From the NCBI GenBank assembly GCA_016176525.1, contig JACOWZ010000003.1, forward strand, positions 128,001 through 192,000: a stretch of 64,000 nt of DNA, read 5' to 3'. The position numbers were made by a program, and so were the translations under genes. Source of the DNA: Candidatus Colwellbacteria bacterium (GTDB taxonomy: Bacteria > Patescibacteriota > Minisyncoccia > UBA6257 > Colwellbacteraceae). The stretch's first letter is position 1; each line of letters begins with the position of its first letter. The notes below the pieces were generated by a model that was given only the letters and a program-made list of their open reading frames with translations, had not been told where the DNA came from and did no database searches. Of the stretch, positions 44,541-54,691 are shown piece by piece.

Positions 44541-46616
44541 ATGACAAAAAAACGAAAATCTAAAAACTCGAATTCGGCGCTTCACCCCGAAACTAAGGCG
44601 AGTATCACCGCCCTTACGCTCACATCAACCGCCATAATACTAATGCTCTCGGCGCTTGGTTGGGCCGGGTCTGTGGGCAAAGTAATATTCGAGATACTTT
44701 ATAAATTTTTTGGTGTTGGATATTACCTACTGCCCTTGGTTTTGGCGGGCGTAAGTTTGGGCCTTGTTTCGGGCAGAAAACAAAAAAGAGTGGGTGTTGC
44801 CGCAATAGGAGGAGGAATATTTCTTATAGCAGCATTGGGAATAATCGAAGTAATAAACCCAGATGGCGGAGGCTTAATTGGAAAAATATTAGGAAGCCTA
44901 AAATTTGTGTTTGGCGCACCGGCAACTGTGGTCTTAGGCGTTACTACGCTAATAATTTCAATTTTAATTGGTTTAAACACATCTCTAAAAATACACCTTA
45001 CAAAAAAGAGGGGTGATTATGCCGAAGAAGAAAAACTAAAAATAACCGGTGCAACGGAAGAATCAGAAGAAGAACAAGAAGATGAGGATAAAAGAAAACC
45101 TGAAGAAGACGAAGAACCCGAGGAAGAAGATGAAAAAGATAAAGAAATAGAAATTAAGATTACCGAAGGACAAAAGAATATGCGCATGCAAGCCGTAGCG
45201 CCTGTAAATTGGGAAAACTATGTTCCCCCGCCGGCCAATCTTTTGCACTCTGCCGTAGAAAAACCAACTGTGGGCGACCTAAGAGCGAATGCAAATATAA
45301 TAAAACGCACACTAGAGGGCTTTGGTATACCGGTTGAAATGGGAGAAATAACAATCGGACCTAAAGTTACCCGCTACACTCTAAAACCGGCAGAGGGTGT
45401 AAAGCTCTCCAAAATAACGGCCTTGAACCAAGATTTGTCCTTAGCTGTAGCGGCCCACCCGATACGCATTGAGGCCCCAATACCCGGAAAGTCCTTGGTA
45501 GGCATTGAGATACCAAACAAAACCGCAAGCTTGGTAAGACTTGGCAGTCTTATAACATATGCAGATTTTGTAAAAGCCCCGAACCTTACATTTGCGCTTG
45601 GCAGGGATGTCGCCGGCGAAGCGGTGCTTGCGAACCTTGCTAAAATGCCGCACCTGCTTATCGCCGGCACAACCGGAAGCGGCAAATCAATAATGATTCA
45701 CAGCCTTTTGATATCTCTAATATACAAAAATTCTCCAGAGACTATGCGGATGTTATTAATTGACCCGAAGCGAGTTGAGCTTTCTATCTACGAAGGAATC
45801 CCGCACTTAATGACGCCTGTTATAACAGAGGGTAAAAAAGTTGTGTCAATCTTGCGGTTTGCAATAGAAGAAATGGAAAGAAGGTACAACACGTTGCTTG
45901 CCGCAGGCAAAAGAGATATAGCTTCTTACAACAGCGGGCGCAAAAACGACATAATGCCATATATTGTAATAGTGGTAGACGAACTTGCAGATTTGATGAT
46001 GTCTTACGGCCGCGAGATAGAAAACTCTATAATACGCCTTGCGCAGATGGCCCGCGCTACCGGCATTCACTTAGTGCTTTCTACCCAGCGGCCCTCGGTT
46101 GAAGTTATAACAGGGCTTATAAAAGCAAACATTACCTCGCGCATAGCCTTGCAAGTTGCCTCGCAAGTTGACTCGCGAACCATATTAGACATGGCCGGGG
46201 CCGAAAAACTTTTGGGCGGCGGAGATTTACTTTTTGTATCATCGGATCTTGGAAAACCTAAAAGGATACAGGGGGCCTATGTTTCTAACGAAGAACTTAA
46301 GAAAGTGGTAGATTTTATAAAAAACAAAAATACATTTGATTCTACCGGTGAACTAGAAACAAAAATACAAGAAAGCTTAGAAAATAAAAATATGAATCTA
46401 GGTGGGGTGGAAGGTGAAGATGAACTCTACGACGAGGCAGTGCAGGTTGTACGCGAATCTAAAAAAGCTTCTGCGTCGCTTCTGCAAAGGCGCTTAAAAG
46501 TAGGATATGCAAGAGCCGCCAGGCTTCTAGACCTTATGGAAGAAGCGGGTATAATAGGCCCGGGAGAGGGCGCAAAACCAAGAGAAGTTTTTCTAAGCGA
46601 AGAAAATGAATCCTAA
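44541..46616 (+). CDS. ftsK: DNA translocase FtsK/SpoIIIE
   Basis: N-terminal TMs, GTTGSGKS, DELADLM, TQRPS, gamma domain LQRRLKVGYARAAR. Confidence 0.95.
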   Translation: MTKKRKSKNSNSALHPETKASITALTLTSTAIILMLSALGWAGSVGKVIFEILYKFFGVGYYLLPLVLAGVSLGLVSGRKQKRVGVAAIGGGIFLIAALGIIEVINPDGGGLIGKILGSLKFVFGAPATVVLGVTTLIISILIGLNTSLKIHLTKKRGDYAEEEKLKITGATEESEEEQEDEDKRKPEEDEEPEEEDEKDKEIEIKITEGQKNMRMQAVAPVNWENYVPPPANLLHSAVEKPTVGDLRANANIIKRTLEGFGIPVEMGEITIGPKVTRYTLKPAEGVKLSKITALNQDLSLAVAAHPIRIEAPIPGKSLVGIEIPNKTASLVRLGSLITYADFVKAPNLTFALGRDVAGEAVLANLAKMPHLLIAGTTGSGKSIMIHSLLISLIYKNSPETMRMLLIDPKRVELSIYEGIPHLMTPVITEGKKVVSILRFAIEEMERRYNTLLAAGKRDIASYNSGRKNDIMPYIVIVVDELADLMMSYGREIENSIIRLAQMARATGIHLVLSTQRPSVEVITGLIKANITSRIALQVASQVDSRTILDMAGAEKLLGGGDLLFVSSDLGKPKRIQGAYVSNEELKKVVDFIKNKNTFDSTGELETKIQESLENKNMNLGGVEGEDELYDEAVQVVRESKKASASLLQRRLKVGYARAARLLDLMEEAGIIGPGEGAKPREVFLSEENES

Positions 46617-47280
46617 TATAAATAAAAACGATTTGGGCGAAGTTTTAGAAGAATTAATGCAAGCCCACGGCACAGATGACGAAAAGCTTGCCCAAATTAC
46701 AGAAATACCCCTGCGCTTTATAAAAGCGCTAAAAACCGGAGATTATAAAATTCTTCCTGCGTCTCCATATGTGCGCGGGTATATTAAAAAAATCGCTATT
46801 GCACTAAAAACTGACCCTGCAGAACTTATCGCTATATATAAAAGCACGGCGCAAATGAAAAAATCCGGCAGTCAGGATTTGCTGCCCAGTAATAGATTCG
46901 CAAGTGTGCCTTTAAGAAGGGGTGTAATAATTTTTATTATCGTGGCATTAGCCGCCGCACTAATAATAGTATTACGGTTTAACCAAGTGTTCGGCCTGCC
47001 AACGCTAAATGTAGAAGTTCCGGGAACTACAGCTCTTAGCACACTAGAGATAAGTGGCAGTATTAACCCGAAAGACAAACTAACCATAAACGAAGAGGCA
47101 ATTTACACGGATGAAAACGGAGTTTTCAATAAACTTGTATTCTTGGAACCAGGCTTAAATATTCTTGAATTTAAAGTTAAAAGGTTTTTGGGTAAAGAAA
47201 AAACTGTTGTAAAACAGGTTTATTACGAACCCTCGGTGGAGAATACTACCATTCCACAATTAGACAACAGCTTATTTTAA
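46606..47280 (+). CDS. RodZ-like HTH membrane protein
   Basis: HTH with YVRGYIKK, one TM, Ig-like C-terminus; ftsK-rodZ-recA context. Confidence 0.75.
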   Translation: MNPNINKNDLGEVLEELMQAHGTDDEKLAQITEIPLRFIKALKTGDYKILPASPYVRGYIKKIAIALKTDPAELIAIYKSTAQMKKSGSQDLLPSNRFASVPLRRGVIIFIIVALAAALIIVLRFNQVFGLPTLNVEVPGTTALSTLEISGSINPKDKLTINEEAIYTDENGVFNKLVFLEPGLNILEFKVKRFLGKEKTVVKQVYYEPSVENTTIPQLDNSLF

Positions 47281-47304
47281 GCTGCGTGGTATCATAACTA
47301 TCAC

Positions 47305-48306
47305 ATGGCTAAGAAAAAAGAACCTCAAAAGAATGGGCAGTTAGACACGCTACTCCAATCTCTTCGCGAGAAATATGGCGAAGAATCAATTATGAAGTTG
47401 GGCGAAGCCCGCAGGGTGGATGTAGATACTGTGCCTTCCGGCTCTTTTTCTCTTGATTTGGCTTTGGGAGTTGGCGGCTTGCCGCGCGGGAGAGTTATAG
47501 AAATATACGGCCCGGAATCCAGCGGCAAAACAACGCTAGCCTTGTCTGTTGTGGCACAAGTTCAAAAACGCGGAGGCAAGGCCGCTTTTATTGATGCAGA
47601 ACACGCTTTAGACCCGGAATATGCCGCAAAAATCGGAGTGCAAACCAAAGATTTGATAATTTCCCAGCCGGATTCCGGCGAAGATGCGCTAAATATACTA
47701 GAGAGCCTGGTACGCTCCGGAATAATAAGCGTTGTTGTAGTAGACTCTGTCGCCGCGCTTACGCCGAAAACAGAAATTGAGGGCGAAATGGGGGCGCAAT
47801 ACGTTGGGTTGCAAGCCCGTATGATGTCTCAAGCACTGCGTAAACTTACAGCAATTACTTCAAAATCAAACACAATGATAATTTTTATAAACCAACTGCG
47901 CGAGAAGGTTGGTATTATGTTCGGCAACCCAGAAACAACTCCGGGAGGCCGCGCCCTAAAATTCTACTCTTCGGTGCGGCTAGATGTGCGGCGAATCGCT
48001 CAAGTTAAGAAGGGAGAGGAAATAGTGGGCAACAGAGTTAAGGTAAAGGTTGTTAAAAATAAGGTTGCTCCGCCGTTCCAAGTTGCAGAATTTGACATAA
48101 TATACGGCGAAGGCATTTCTTACGAAGGCGATGTGCTAAATGCTGCACTCTCTCGCGGAGTTATAACAAAATCCGGCGCCAGCTACAGTTTTGAGAGCGA
48201 AAAATTGGGTGTAGGTTTTGAAAACGTGCGCGAAAAGCTTAAATCGGATTCAAAACTTTTAGATAGAATAAAAAATAAAATAACTGCGGAGGTAGAGTTA
48301 GAATAA
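47305..48306 (+). CDS. recA: Recombinase A
   Basis: [33 protein letters not shown]. Confidence 0.98.
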   Translation: MAKKKEPQKNGQLDTLLQSLREKYGEESIMKLGEARRVDVDTVPSGSFSLDLALGVGGLPRGRVIEIYGPESSGKTTLALSVVAQVQKRGGKAAFIDAEHALDPEYAAKIGVQTKDLIISQPDSGEDALNILESLVRSGIISVVVVDSVAALTPKTEIEGEMGAQYVGLQARMMSQALRKLTAITSKSNTMIIFINQLREKVGIMFGNPETTPGGRALKFYSSVRLDVRRIAQVKKGEEIVGNRVKVKVVKNKVAPPFQVAEFDIIYGEGISYEGDVLNAALSRGVITKSGASYSFESEKLGVGFENVREKLKSDSKLLDRIKNKITAEVELE

Positions 48307-48642
48307 ATAAGGCCAGAAGATAATTACTCCGACTATTGCGGCACCAACACTCGCCAAAAGCACAATAAAGGCCATTATATCTTTTACTTCCTTGATAGTT
48401 TGATGGTGCTCCATTTGAATAAAATCCATAATACGCTCAATAACAGAATTAATAAGCTCTAAAGCCAAAAGCATAAAAATCGTAACTATTAAGATTAGTT
48501 TTTCTATTGTTGTAGTCGGAAAATAAACCATTGCCGCTATAACTAATCCGGCTACAACAACAAATATTCTGAAATTTTTCTCATACATGAGCGCATCCTT
48601 TAGGCCATCTAATGCATATTTAATACTTTTAAGAATTCTCAT
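48298..48642 (-). CDS. dgkA: Diacylglycerol/undecaprenol kinase (DgkA family)
   Basis: YALDG...[15 protein letters not shown]. Confidence 0.85.
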   Translation of the reverse strand: MRILKSIKYALDGLKDALMYEKNFRIFVVVAGLVIAAMVYFPTTTIEKLILIVTIFMLLALELINSVIERIMDFIQMEHHQTIKEVKDIMAFIVLLASVGAAIVGVIIFWPYLF

Positions 48643-49456
48643 TTAATTTGTAGAAATTTTCAAAGAGTTTTGACACAAGTATAGGGCCTGTTCCGCCGGG
48701 GGTTGGAGTGTAGAAATTAGTTTTAAGTTCTAAGTTCTTAGTTTTAAGTTTCGGCGGAGAAAAATCTCCGAGCATCTTACCATTATGGAAAGAATAGCCG
48801 AAGTCAATAACGCTTGCTCCAGGTTTTAGCATCTCCGGCATAATTATCCCCGCCTTGCCAACGCCGGAGATTACAACATCTGCATCTTTAATATCTTTAA
48901 TATCTCTTTTGGAATCTATAACAATTACCTCTTTTGCCACGCCTAGTAACCAAGTTGCCACTGGCCTGCCAATTAAAAAACCGAACCCAACAACAGCTAC
49001 GATTGAATGCTGCCAGTCAATTTTATAGAGCTTGGCTAGTTCTTCCACAACCCCAATAGCAGGCGGTAAAACTTTGCTTTTCCCAACATAAAACATACCA
49101 AGTGCGTCTCTGCCTAGAACATCAACGTCTTTCTCTTCCGGAACAGCGGTCAAAACCATATGCTTATTAATCTTCTCTGGCAGTGGAAGCTGAATTACTA
49201 TGCCGCCGACATCGTTACTTGCACCCAGACTTGAAACCTCGCTTATTAATTCGTCTTCTGGAATATCAGAGGCAAAATTCATCACCCGGAAAGAAAGGCC
49301 CAACGATTTGGCCACGTTTTCTTTTTCTTTAATAAAATTAAGTGAAATTGGGTAAGTTCCAACTTGGACCACCACAAGTTTTTTGTCTATCGGCACCCGC
49401 TTTTTAAGTTTTGATATTAGCTTTTTAGAAATCTCTTGGCCGGAAACTGCTTGCAT
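48629..49456 (-). CDS. folD: Methylenetetrahydrofolate dehydrogenase/cyclohydrolase
   Basis: GIVIQLPLP, KDVD, VIDFG, TPTPGGTGP. Confidence 0.9.
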   Translation of the reverse strand: MQAVSGQEISKKLISKLKKRVPIDKKLVVVQVGTYPISLNFIKEKENVAKSLGLSFRVMNFASDIPEDELISEVSSLGASNDVGGIVIQLPLPEKINKHMVLTAVPEEKDVDVLGRDALGMFYVGKSKVLPPAIGVVEELAKLYKIDWQHSIVAVVGFGFLIGRPVATWLLGVAKEVIVIDSKRDIKDIKDADVVISGVGKAGIIMPEMLKPGASVIDFGYSFHNGKMLGDFSPPKLKTKNLELKTNFYTPTPGGTGPILVSKLFENFYKLNENS

Positions 49457-50634
49457 AATTTTACAACTCTCGCTTTTATATCTCGACCTAACAGAGCTTG
49501 GTAAATAAAGAATGCTAAAATTTTCATTTCACGTTCTTTCATGCCGCGCGATGTTATAGAAGGTGTGCCAAGCCTTACACCAGACGGCTTAAACGGTGAT
49601 GGATCACCCGGCACGGTGTTGCGGTTGGCAATAATGCCCGATTTTTCTAATCTATTTTGCGCCTCCATACCATCTATTCCTAAGTTTCTAACATCCAACA
49701 AAAGCAAGTGGCTGTCTGTGCCTCCGCTAACAAGCTGGATGCCAAATTGTTTTAACTCTTTTGCAAGCGCACGAGCATTTTTTATAATCTGCGCCGCATA
49801 TTTCTTAAACGGCCTCTGCATAGCCTCGTAGAGCGCAACCGCAATGCCTGCGGTCGTATTGTTGTGCGGCCCGCCCTGCAGACCCGGGAAAACCGCTTTA
49901 TCAATTTTTTCTGAAAGTTCTTTTTTGGAAAATATCATGGCGCCTCGCGGCCCGCGAAGAGTTTTGTGCGTGGTAGTTGTTACAACATCTGCGTATGGAA
50001 ATGGCGTTGGATACACTCCACCGGCAATCAAGCCCGCAATGTGGGCCATATCTACCATATGGTATGCGCCTACTTCGTCGGCAATAGCCTTAAATTTTTT
50101 AAAATCAATTTTGCGAGGGTATGCGCTAAAGCCCGAGATTATAATTTTAGGCTTGTGTTTGTGCGCTAAACGCTTAACTTCTTTGTAGTCAACAATGCCT
50201 TCGCCATCTACGCCATACTGCACCGCCTTCCAATGTTTGCCGGTTATAGAAACTTTGTGCCCGTGGGTTAAGTGCCCGCCAGAAGAGAGTTTTAGCCCCA
50301 TCAACGTATCACCGGGCTCTAAAAGCGCGAAATAAACCGCAAGGTTTGCAGGCGAACCAGAAAGCGGCTGAACATTAACGCTCCACTTTTTAGGATTAAG
50401 TTTAAAAAGCTTAAGTGCGCGCTTACGGGCGAGGTTCTCTACCATGTCGCAATAAACGTTCCCGGGGTAATAACGCTTGCCCGGGTAGCCTTCGGAATAT
50501 TTGTTTGTGAAGGGCGATCCCAGCGCTTCTAAAATATCGTGCGATGCAAAATTCTCGGAGGCTATAAGGTCTAAAGTCTCTGTCTGCCTTTTTGATTCTT
50601 TCTTTATTAAATTAGAAATAGCCTTATCTTTCAT
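49417..50634 (-). CDS. glyA: Serine hydroxymethyltransferase
   Basis: LIASEN, KYSEGYPGKRYY, TTTHKTLRGPRG. Confidence 0.97.
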   Translation of the reverse strand: MKDKAISNLIKKESKRQTETLDLIASENFASHDILEALGSPFTNKYSEGYPGKRYYPGNVYCDMVENLARKRALKLFKLNPKKWSVNVQPLSGSPANLAVYFALLEPGDTLMGLKLSSGGHLTHGHKVSITGKHWKAVQYGVDGEGIVDYKEVKRLAHKHKPKIIISGFSAYPRKIDFKKFKAIADEVGAYHMVDMAHIAGLIAGGVYPTPFPYADVVTTTTHKTLRGPRGAMIFSKKELSEKIDKAVFPGLQGGPHNNTTAGIAVALYEAMQRPFKKYAAQIIKNARALAKELKQFGIQLVSGGTDSHLLLLDVRNLGIDGMEAQNRLEKSGIIANRNTVPGDPSPFKPSGVRLGTPSITSRGMKEREMKILAFFIYQALLGRDIKARVVKLCKQFPAKRFLKS

Positions 50635-50667
50635 AGGCTAGATTATAGCATAATTCACACCCTTGAC

Positions 50668-50696
50668 TTGACATAAAGTTTGTTGTGTGCTATACT
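50668..50696 (+). promoter_or_regulatory. Near-consensus sigma70 promoter
   Basis: TTGACA-17-TATACT with extended TG. Confidence 0.8.
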
Positions 50697-50749
50697 TACC
50701 AAAGGACGATAAGGTATCGTCCATACAGTACCCCAAGGAGGGATATGAA

Positions 50750-50854
50750 GTGGAGAACAAGCAAGCACAACGTGGGATGACTATGGAGGAAACGAGACAG
50801 AGACTGAAAGATTTGGGCTTCCCATACTGGAAGAAGCCACAACCATCTGACTAA
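50750..50854 (+). CDS. Putative 34-aa microprotein
   Basis: AAGGAGG then GTG; MENKQAQRGMTMEETRQRLKDLGFPYWKKPQPSD; own promoter and terminator. Confidence 0.55.
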   Translation: MENKQAQRGMTMEETRQRLKDLGFPYWKKPQPSD

Positions 50855-50874
50855 CCTCTCTACCCAACCCTACC

Positions 50875-50908
50875 AGGCGAGCCGCAATTGCGACTCGCCT
50901 CTTTTTTT
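50875..50908 (+). terminator. Intrinsic terminator
   Basis: AGGCGAGCCGCA/TGCGACTCGCCT followed by a T run. Confidence 0.75.
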
Positions 50909-51572
50909 ACCACGGCATCCGTTCACTCTTAAACCAAAAACCGCCAGTTTCCGGGTTTGAAAACGCGAATTTATAAATATCGTCGGCGACCTCCTTGCAT
51001 GTATATGTCGCTTCCATTCCGCCAATGTCAGTTTGCACCCAACCCGGGTGCACAGAAGAAACAACAATACCTTTAAGTCTCTTAGAAAGAGTGGCCGTGT
51101 ACATATTAAGCGCGGCTTTAGACATTTTATAACTCGGGTAATACCCGGGGAAGTGGCTCTCGCCTTTTATTGTTTTATCCAACGAGCCTGCCCGCGAAGT
51201 TATATTTATTATGTGCCCGCCGCGCGCTATAAGCGGAATAAGCCGTTCGGTAAAATCAATGGTTCCGATAAGATTTACTTCCAATGTCGCTCTTAATTTT
51301 TCCACAATTACTGTAGCGTCATATTCGTCTAAAAGCACGCCGGCGTTGTTTATAAGAATATCTATTTTCTTACCTAGACTCTTAATTTTATCTACACAAT
51401 CGCTAATACTTTGCGGATTATTTAGATCTAACGACAGCGCAACCAAATTCTCGTCTTTAAAATCTATAGACTTATGGTATGTTCCGATTACAAAATCGCC
51501 TTCTTTCAAAAATTTTTCTGCAAGGGCTTTGCCAATACCTTTGTCTATGCCGGTTATTACAACAACGCGCAT
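50907..51572 (-). CDS. SDR-family oxidoreductase
   Basis: TGxxxGIG, NNAG, YKMSK, HPGWVQTD. Confidence 0.92.
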   Translation of the reverse strand: MRVVVITGIDKGIGKALAEKFLKEGDFVIGTYHKSIDFKDENLVALSLDLNNPQSISDCVDKIKSLGKKIDILINNAGVLLDEYDATVIVEKLRATLEVNLIGTIDFTERLIPLIARGGHIINITSRAGSLDKTIKGESHFPGYYPSYKMSKAALNMYTATLSKRLKGIVVSSVHPGWVQTDIGGMEATYTCKEVADDIYKFAFSNPETGGFWFKSERMPW

Positions 51573-51616
51573 AGAGAAAGTATATCAAATGGGTCGGATT
51601 GTGGAGAATATTAGAA

Positions 51617-52156
51617 CTATATTTGCTTCTCTTTCTTATCAGTCGTAACACGCCCTCCCTGCCATTGCCCCCGATACTTACTCCCACCGCCATCTACTCT
51701 ATAAAACTGCGCATGCACAATTCTAGCTCCTAATTCCAACGTCACAGGCACAGGACCTTCGTTCTTCAGTGCAAACGTAAAGTTACCTTTATATCCAGGC
51801 GCAGCATTCCCCATTCGTATATAGAGACCGCTTCTATATGTTGTTGAGCGCGGCTCAAGATTAACAGTGATGTCTTTCGGGAGATTCACTTCTTCTATGG
51901 TTGTAATTAAATAAAAATCACCTGGATTGATAGTAAATTTTTCACGAACCCCCTTTTTATATGAAGCAACTAACTTGGTTTTAGGAGTCTCCCGATAATC
52001 TATCCCTAAAAATGCTTCACCCTCAATGGAATAAATTTCTTTTAATCTCAAATCGAACCCCGCGCCCTCTGGGTTTGTCAACTCACGCTCACTCAAATTT
52101 TTAACAAGTCCCTTTTCCTTTACTAATCTTAATAACTCATCTGTGCCGATAATCAT
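51617..52156 (-). CDS. dCTP deaminase / trimeric dUTPase-fold protein
   Basis: GFDLRL, PRST.YRSG, PGYKG, YRGQWQ. Confidence 0.8.
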   Translation of the reverse strand: MIIGTDELLRLVKEKGLVKNLSERELTNPEGAGFDLRLKEIYSIEGEAFLGIDYRETPKTKLVASYKKGVREKFTINPGDFYLITTIEEVNLPKDITVNLEPRSTTYRSGLYIRMGNAAPGYKGNFTFALKNEGPVPVTLELGARIVHAQFYRVDGGGSKYRGQWQGGRVTTDKKEKQI

Positions 52157-52185
52157 AAAAGAATTATATCAAACCCGACATTAGT

Positions 52186-52734
52186 TTAACTTATCAGTTT
52201 CCTTGCTCGCAGAGCAGAAAACAGTTTATTATATTCATCTTTATGTGGGACGAAAACAGATTTCTTATCGCAGTCCTTTAGTAACTCATCTAAACTAACG
52301 AACTTAACTTTCTGCACTTCTTCTTTTTGTAGTTTTAGTTTAGATAAGTCCAGGTCTTTTCTAACTAAGAAAATATCGTGAAACTCCCTTTCAATATATG
52401 TTCCGTTGTTTAATACTACATCGGTGGTAGTTACAAAAAGGTGTTCGAACTCATTCTTGCTTAACTTAATCCCAAGTTCTTCCTTGGCTTCCCTTATACC
52501 CCCTTCAATTGATGTCTCACCAGTAAATATATGCCCCGCAGCTGAGATATCCCATAGATCAGGGTAATTGACTTTTATTTTAGACCTTTTTTGGACAAGA
52601 ATCTTACCGTCAGAATTAATAATCCAAATATGCGTGCTTTTATGCCAGTCTCCATCCTTATGAACGTTGTCCCTTAGTTTACTTTCTCCAGTTGGATTGC
52701 CTAGTTCGTCCAATATATCTATGTATTCCATCAC
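52186..52734 (-). CDS. Nudix hydrolase (IDI-like subfamily)
   Basis: GETSIEGGIREAKEELG Nudix box; HKDGDWH, WDISAAGH. Confidence 0.88.
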   Translation of the reverse strand: MMEYIDILDELGNPTGESKLRDNVHKDGDWHKSTHIWIINSDGKILVQKRSKIKVNYPDLWDISAAGHIFTGETSIEGGIREAKEELGIKLSKNEFEHLFVTTTDVVLNNGTYIEREFHDIFLVRKDLDLSKLKLQKEEVQKVKFVSLDELLKDCDKKSVFVPHKDEYNKLFSALRARKLIS

Positions 52735-52860
52735 AAAATACTACCAAAGCTGGCATAAAAAATCACACGACCAAAAACTTTTCTAAAATCTTTAATAGTA
52801 GGTCGGAACCATTATAGCAAGGCAGGATGGGTATATTTATGTGCCTGACCTTGGAAATAT

Positions 52861-53403
52861 TTAGTCGGCGTTATTTGTTAAATCGTAAGTAAATAATTGT
52901 ACGGGTATCCCTTTCTGATGTGCCTTTTCAACGGTATCTTCTGTCCCTAAACTCTCACTCATTTCAGTTTTAACTCGGAACGCGACTAACTCATCTGAAG
53001 CATTTACCACCTTTGCGTTCCTTTCATAGTATCTTGCTTTTTTGTTTTCCTCATTAAAATCTGTATCTGGATTTTCCATAAGACTACTTGAATTTGTGTT
53101 CTTTAATTTATTGAGTTGGTTTATTAAGTTCTCTGCCTGTTCTTTTGTGATATTTCCTAAGCTAGCGTGCTTGCGATAATGTTCTGAATATTTCTCTAAT
53201 GTTGTAGGTAAAAAAATTCTAATTTGAGTTGCTTCTGGATTATGTTTAAGTGCTTCATCGGTTGCTATAAAGTCAACTCCCAATGCACCGCCAGAGACAA
53301 CACCATCTCCTCTTTGAATAATGTCCTTAACTATTCCTCTTAATTTCTCTTCAATTTCTTGGTTAATTTTTCTCCAACTGCCACTAATTCCAATCCATTT
53401 CAT
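52861..53403 (-). CDS. SLOG (SMF/DprA/LOG) superfamily protein
   Basis: IGISGS, VVSGGALGVD, ERN, GTEDTV. Confidence 0.75.
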   Translation of the reverse strand: MKWIGISGSWRKINQEIEEKLRGIVKDIIQRGDGVVSGGALGVDFIATDEALKHNPEATQIRIFLPTTLEKYSEHYRKHASLGNITKEQAENLINQLNKLKNTNSSSLMENPDTDFNEENKKARYYERNAKVVNASDELVAFRVKTEMSESLGTEDTVEKAHQKGIPVQLFTYDLTNNAD

Positions 53404-53448
53404 AGTTAAAATTATATCACCCCGCCCCGCTGCTCACTATTTCTGTAT

Positions 53449-53859
53449 CTACTTTTTTAGAAATGCTATCAACTCTTCTGGGTCTTCAAACACTTTGGTA
53501 TAAATTGACTCGATCCAATCTTGAACTTTCTGGCCAAAATCAAGCAATCTCGGAGTCCGAACTCCATAAAGCGGCTTGCCGATACCATTGGCGTAGCCAC
53601 TCTCTGCATATATTCCGGGAGTGTTGCCCATCAGCACAATAACACCCTTTGCATCTTTAATGAGTTGAAACTCCTTTTCTCTCAGCCAAGCTCCGCTTTT
53701 TTTCTGTGGCAAATCTCTAAAAGCAACCACTATTTTCAAACCAGAGCTCTCTAATTTCTTCACGACGCTCTCCCAACCTTTATGCATCTCCTCATCCCAA
53801 ACCAGTTTACTGCCATTCCAAGAATAAAGTGGAGTGCATAGAAAATAATAATCCTTCAT
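53449..53859 (-). CDS. Nucleoside 2'-deoxyribosyltransferase-like protein
   Basis: TPGIYAESGYANGIGKP matches the G-x-x-x-E-x-G-Y-A...GKP signature. Confidence 0.65.
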   Translation of the reverse strand: MKDYYFLCTPLYSWNGSKLVWDEEMHKGWESVVKKLESSGLKIVVAFRDLPQKKSGAWLREKEFQLIKDAKGVIVLMGNTPGIYAESGYANGIGKPLYGVRTPRLLDFGQKVQDWIESIYTKVFEDPEELIAFLKK

Positions 53860-53896
53860 AAATTAAATTTTACTACAGTTCTAATGTCATCTACTT

Positions 53897-53970
53897 TGGG
53901 TGCCTAACGGGAGTCGAACCCGTATCAAAAGCTCCACAAGCTTCTGTGTTGCCGCTACACCATAGGCACC
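53897..53970 (-). tRNA. tRNA-His(GTG)
   Basis: G-1 and C73; TT-GTG-GA loop; CCA encoded. Confidence 0.93.
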
Positions 53971-54042
53971 ATAAAAACCCTAAAAACTATACCTACCTTT
54001 CCGGATTTTGCCAAGTAAACAGGTTTATAGTAGGATGACTAT

Positions 54043-54423
54043 ATGAGAGAAAAAATTAAGTTCCCCACAGAGGGCGAAAACAAAAAAGAGGAAGAGATTA
54101 AGATAAATCCAAAAAATCCAGAAGACAAAAAGCTTATGGAAAACGCTGATAAGCTTATTAAGGAAGCTGAAGCCGAGCAAGAGGTTCTAAATGAAATATT
54201 AGAGTTAGATCCAAAAACACGAGTTGATGATGCCGAGAGCCTTGTTACAGAAAGGTGGGCTAAGGGTTTGTATAAACAACTAGGCGGTAATGTAAAAGAT
54301 TTTAGCTGGGAGAATTTTAAGAAGACTTGGAAAAAAGTTAAAAAAGAAGCTCCGGAAAGACGAAAAGTATTGGCAGATCTGCGAAAAAACGTAGACGAAA
54401 CCAGCTGGAAATCTTATACATAA
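54043..54423 (+). CDS. Hypothetical charged protein
   Basis: 126-aa ORF followed by a terminator. Confidence 0.65.
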   Translation: MREKIKFPTEGENKKEEEIKINPKNPEDKKLMENADKLIKEAEAEQEVLNEILELDPKTRVDDAESLVTERWAKGLYKQLGGNVKDFSWENFKKTWKKVKKEAPERRKVLADLRKNVDETSWKSYT

Positions 54424-54430
54424 GCACAAT

Positions 54431-54458
54431 AAAAAAATCCCCGGAGGGGGATTTTTTT
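54431..54458. terminator. Bidirectional terminator
   Basis: AAAAAAATCCCC-GGAG-GGGGATTTTTTT. Confidence 0.8.
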
Positions 54459-54462
54459 ATTG

Positions 54463-54534
54463 TGCCGCGGGGGTGAATCGAACACCCGACGCCAGCCTCT
54501 TCAGGGCTGCGCTCTACCACTGAGCTACCACGGC
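54463..54534 (-). tRNA. tRNA-Phe(GAA)
   Basis: CAGCC-CTGAAGA-GGCTG arm. Confidence 0.93.
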
Positions 54535-54611
54535 ATTTAAAGAATATAAACATCTTAAACTTTAAGTTTTAAAATTGCAATTAGAAAAAACACAATGTAT
54601 TCTCTCTGTAA

Positions 54612-54686
54612 GCCCCTGTCGTTCAATGGATAGGACGGAGGTTTCCTAAACCTCAAATCCAAGTTCGATTCTTGGTGGGGGCACCA
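54612..54686 (+). tRNA. tRNA-Arg(CCT)
   Basis: GAGGT-TTCCTAA-ACCTC arm; CCA encoded. Confidence 0.93.
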
Positions 54687-54691
54687 GAATT

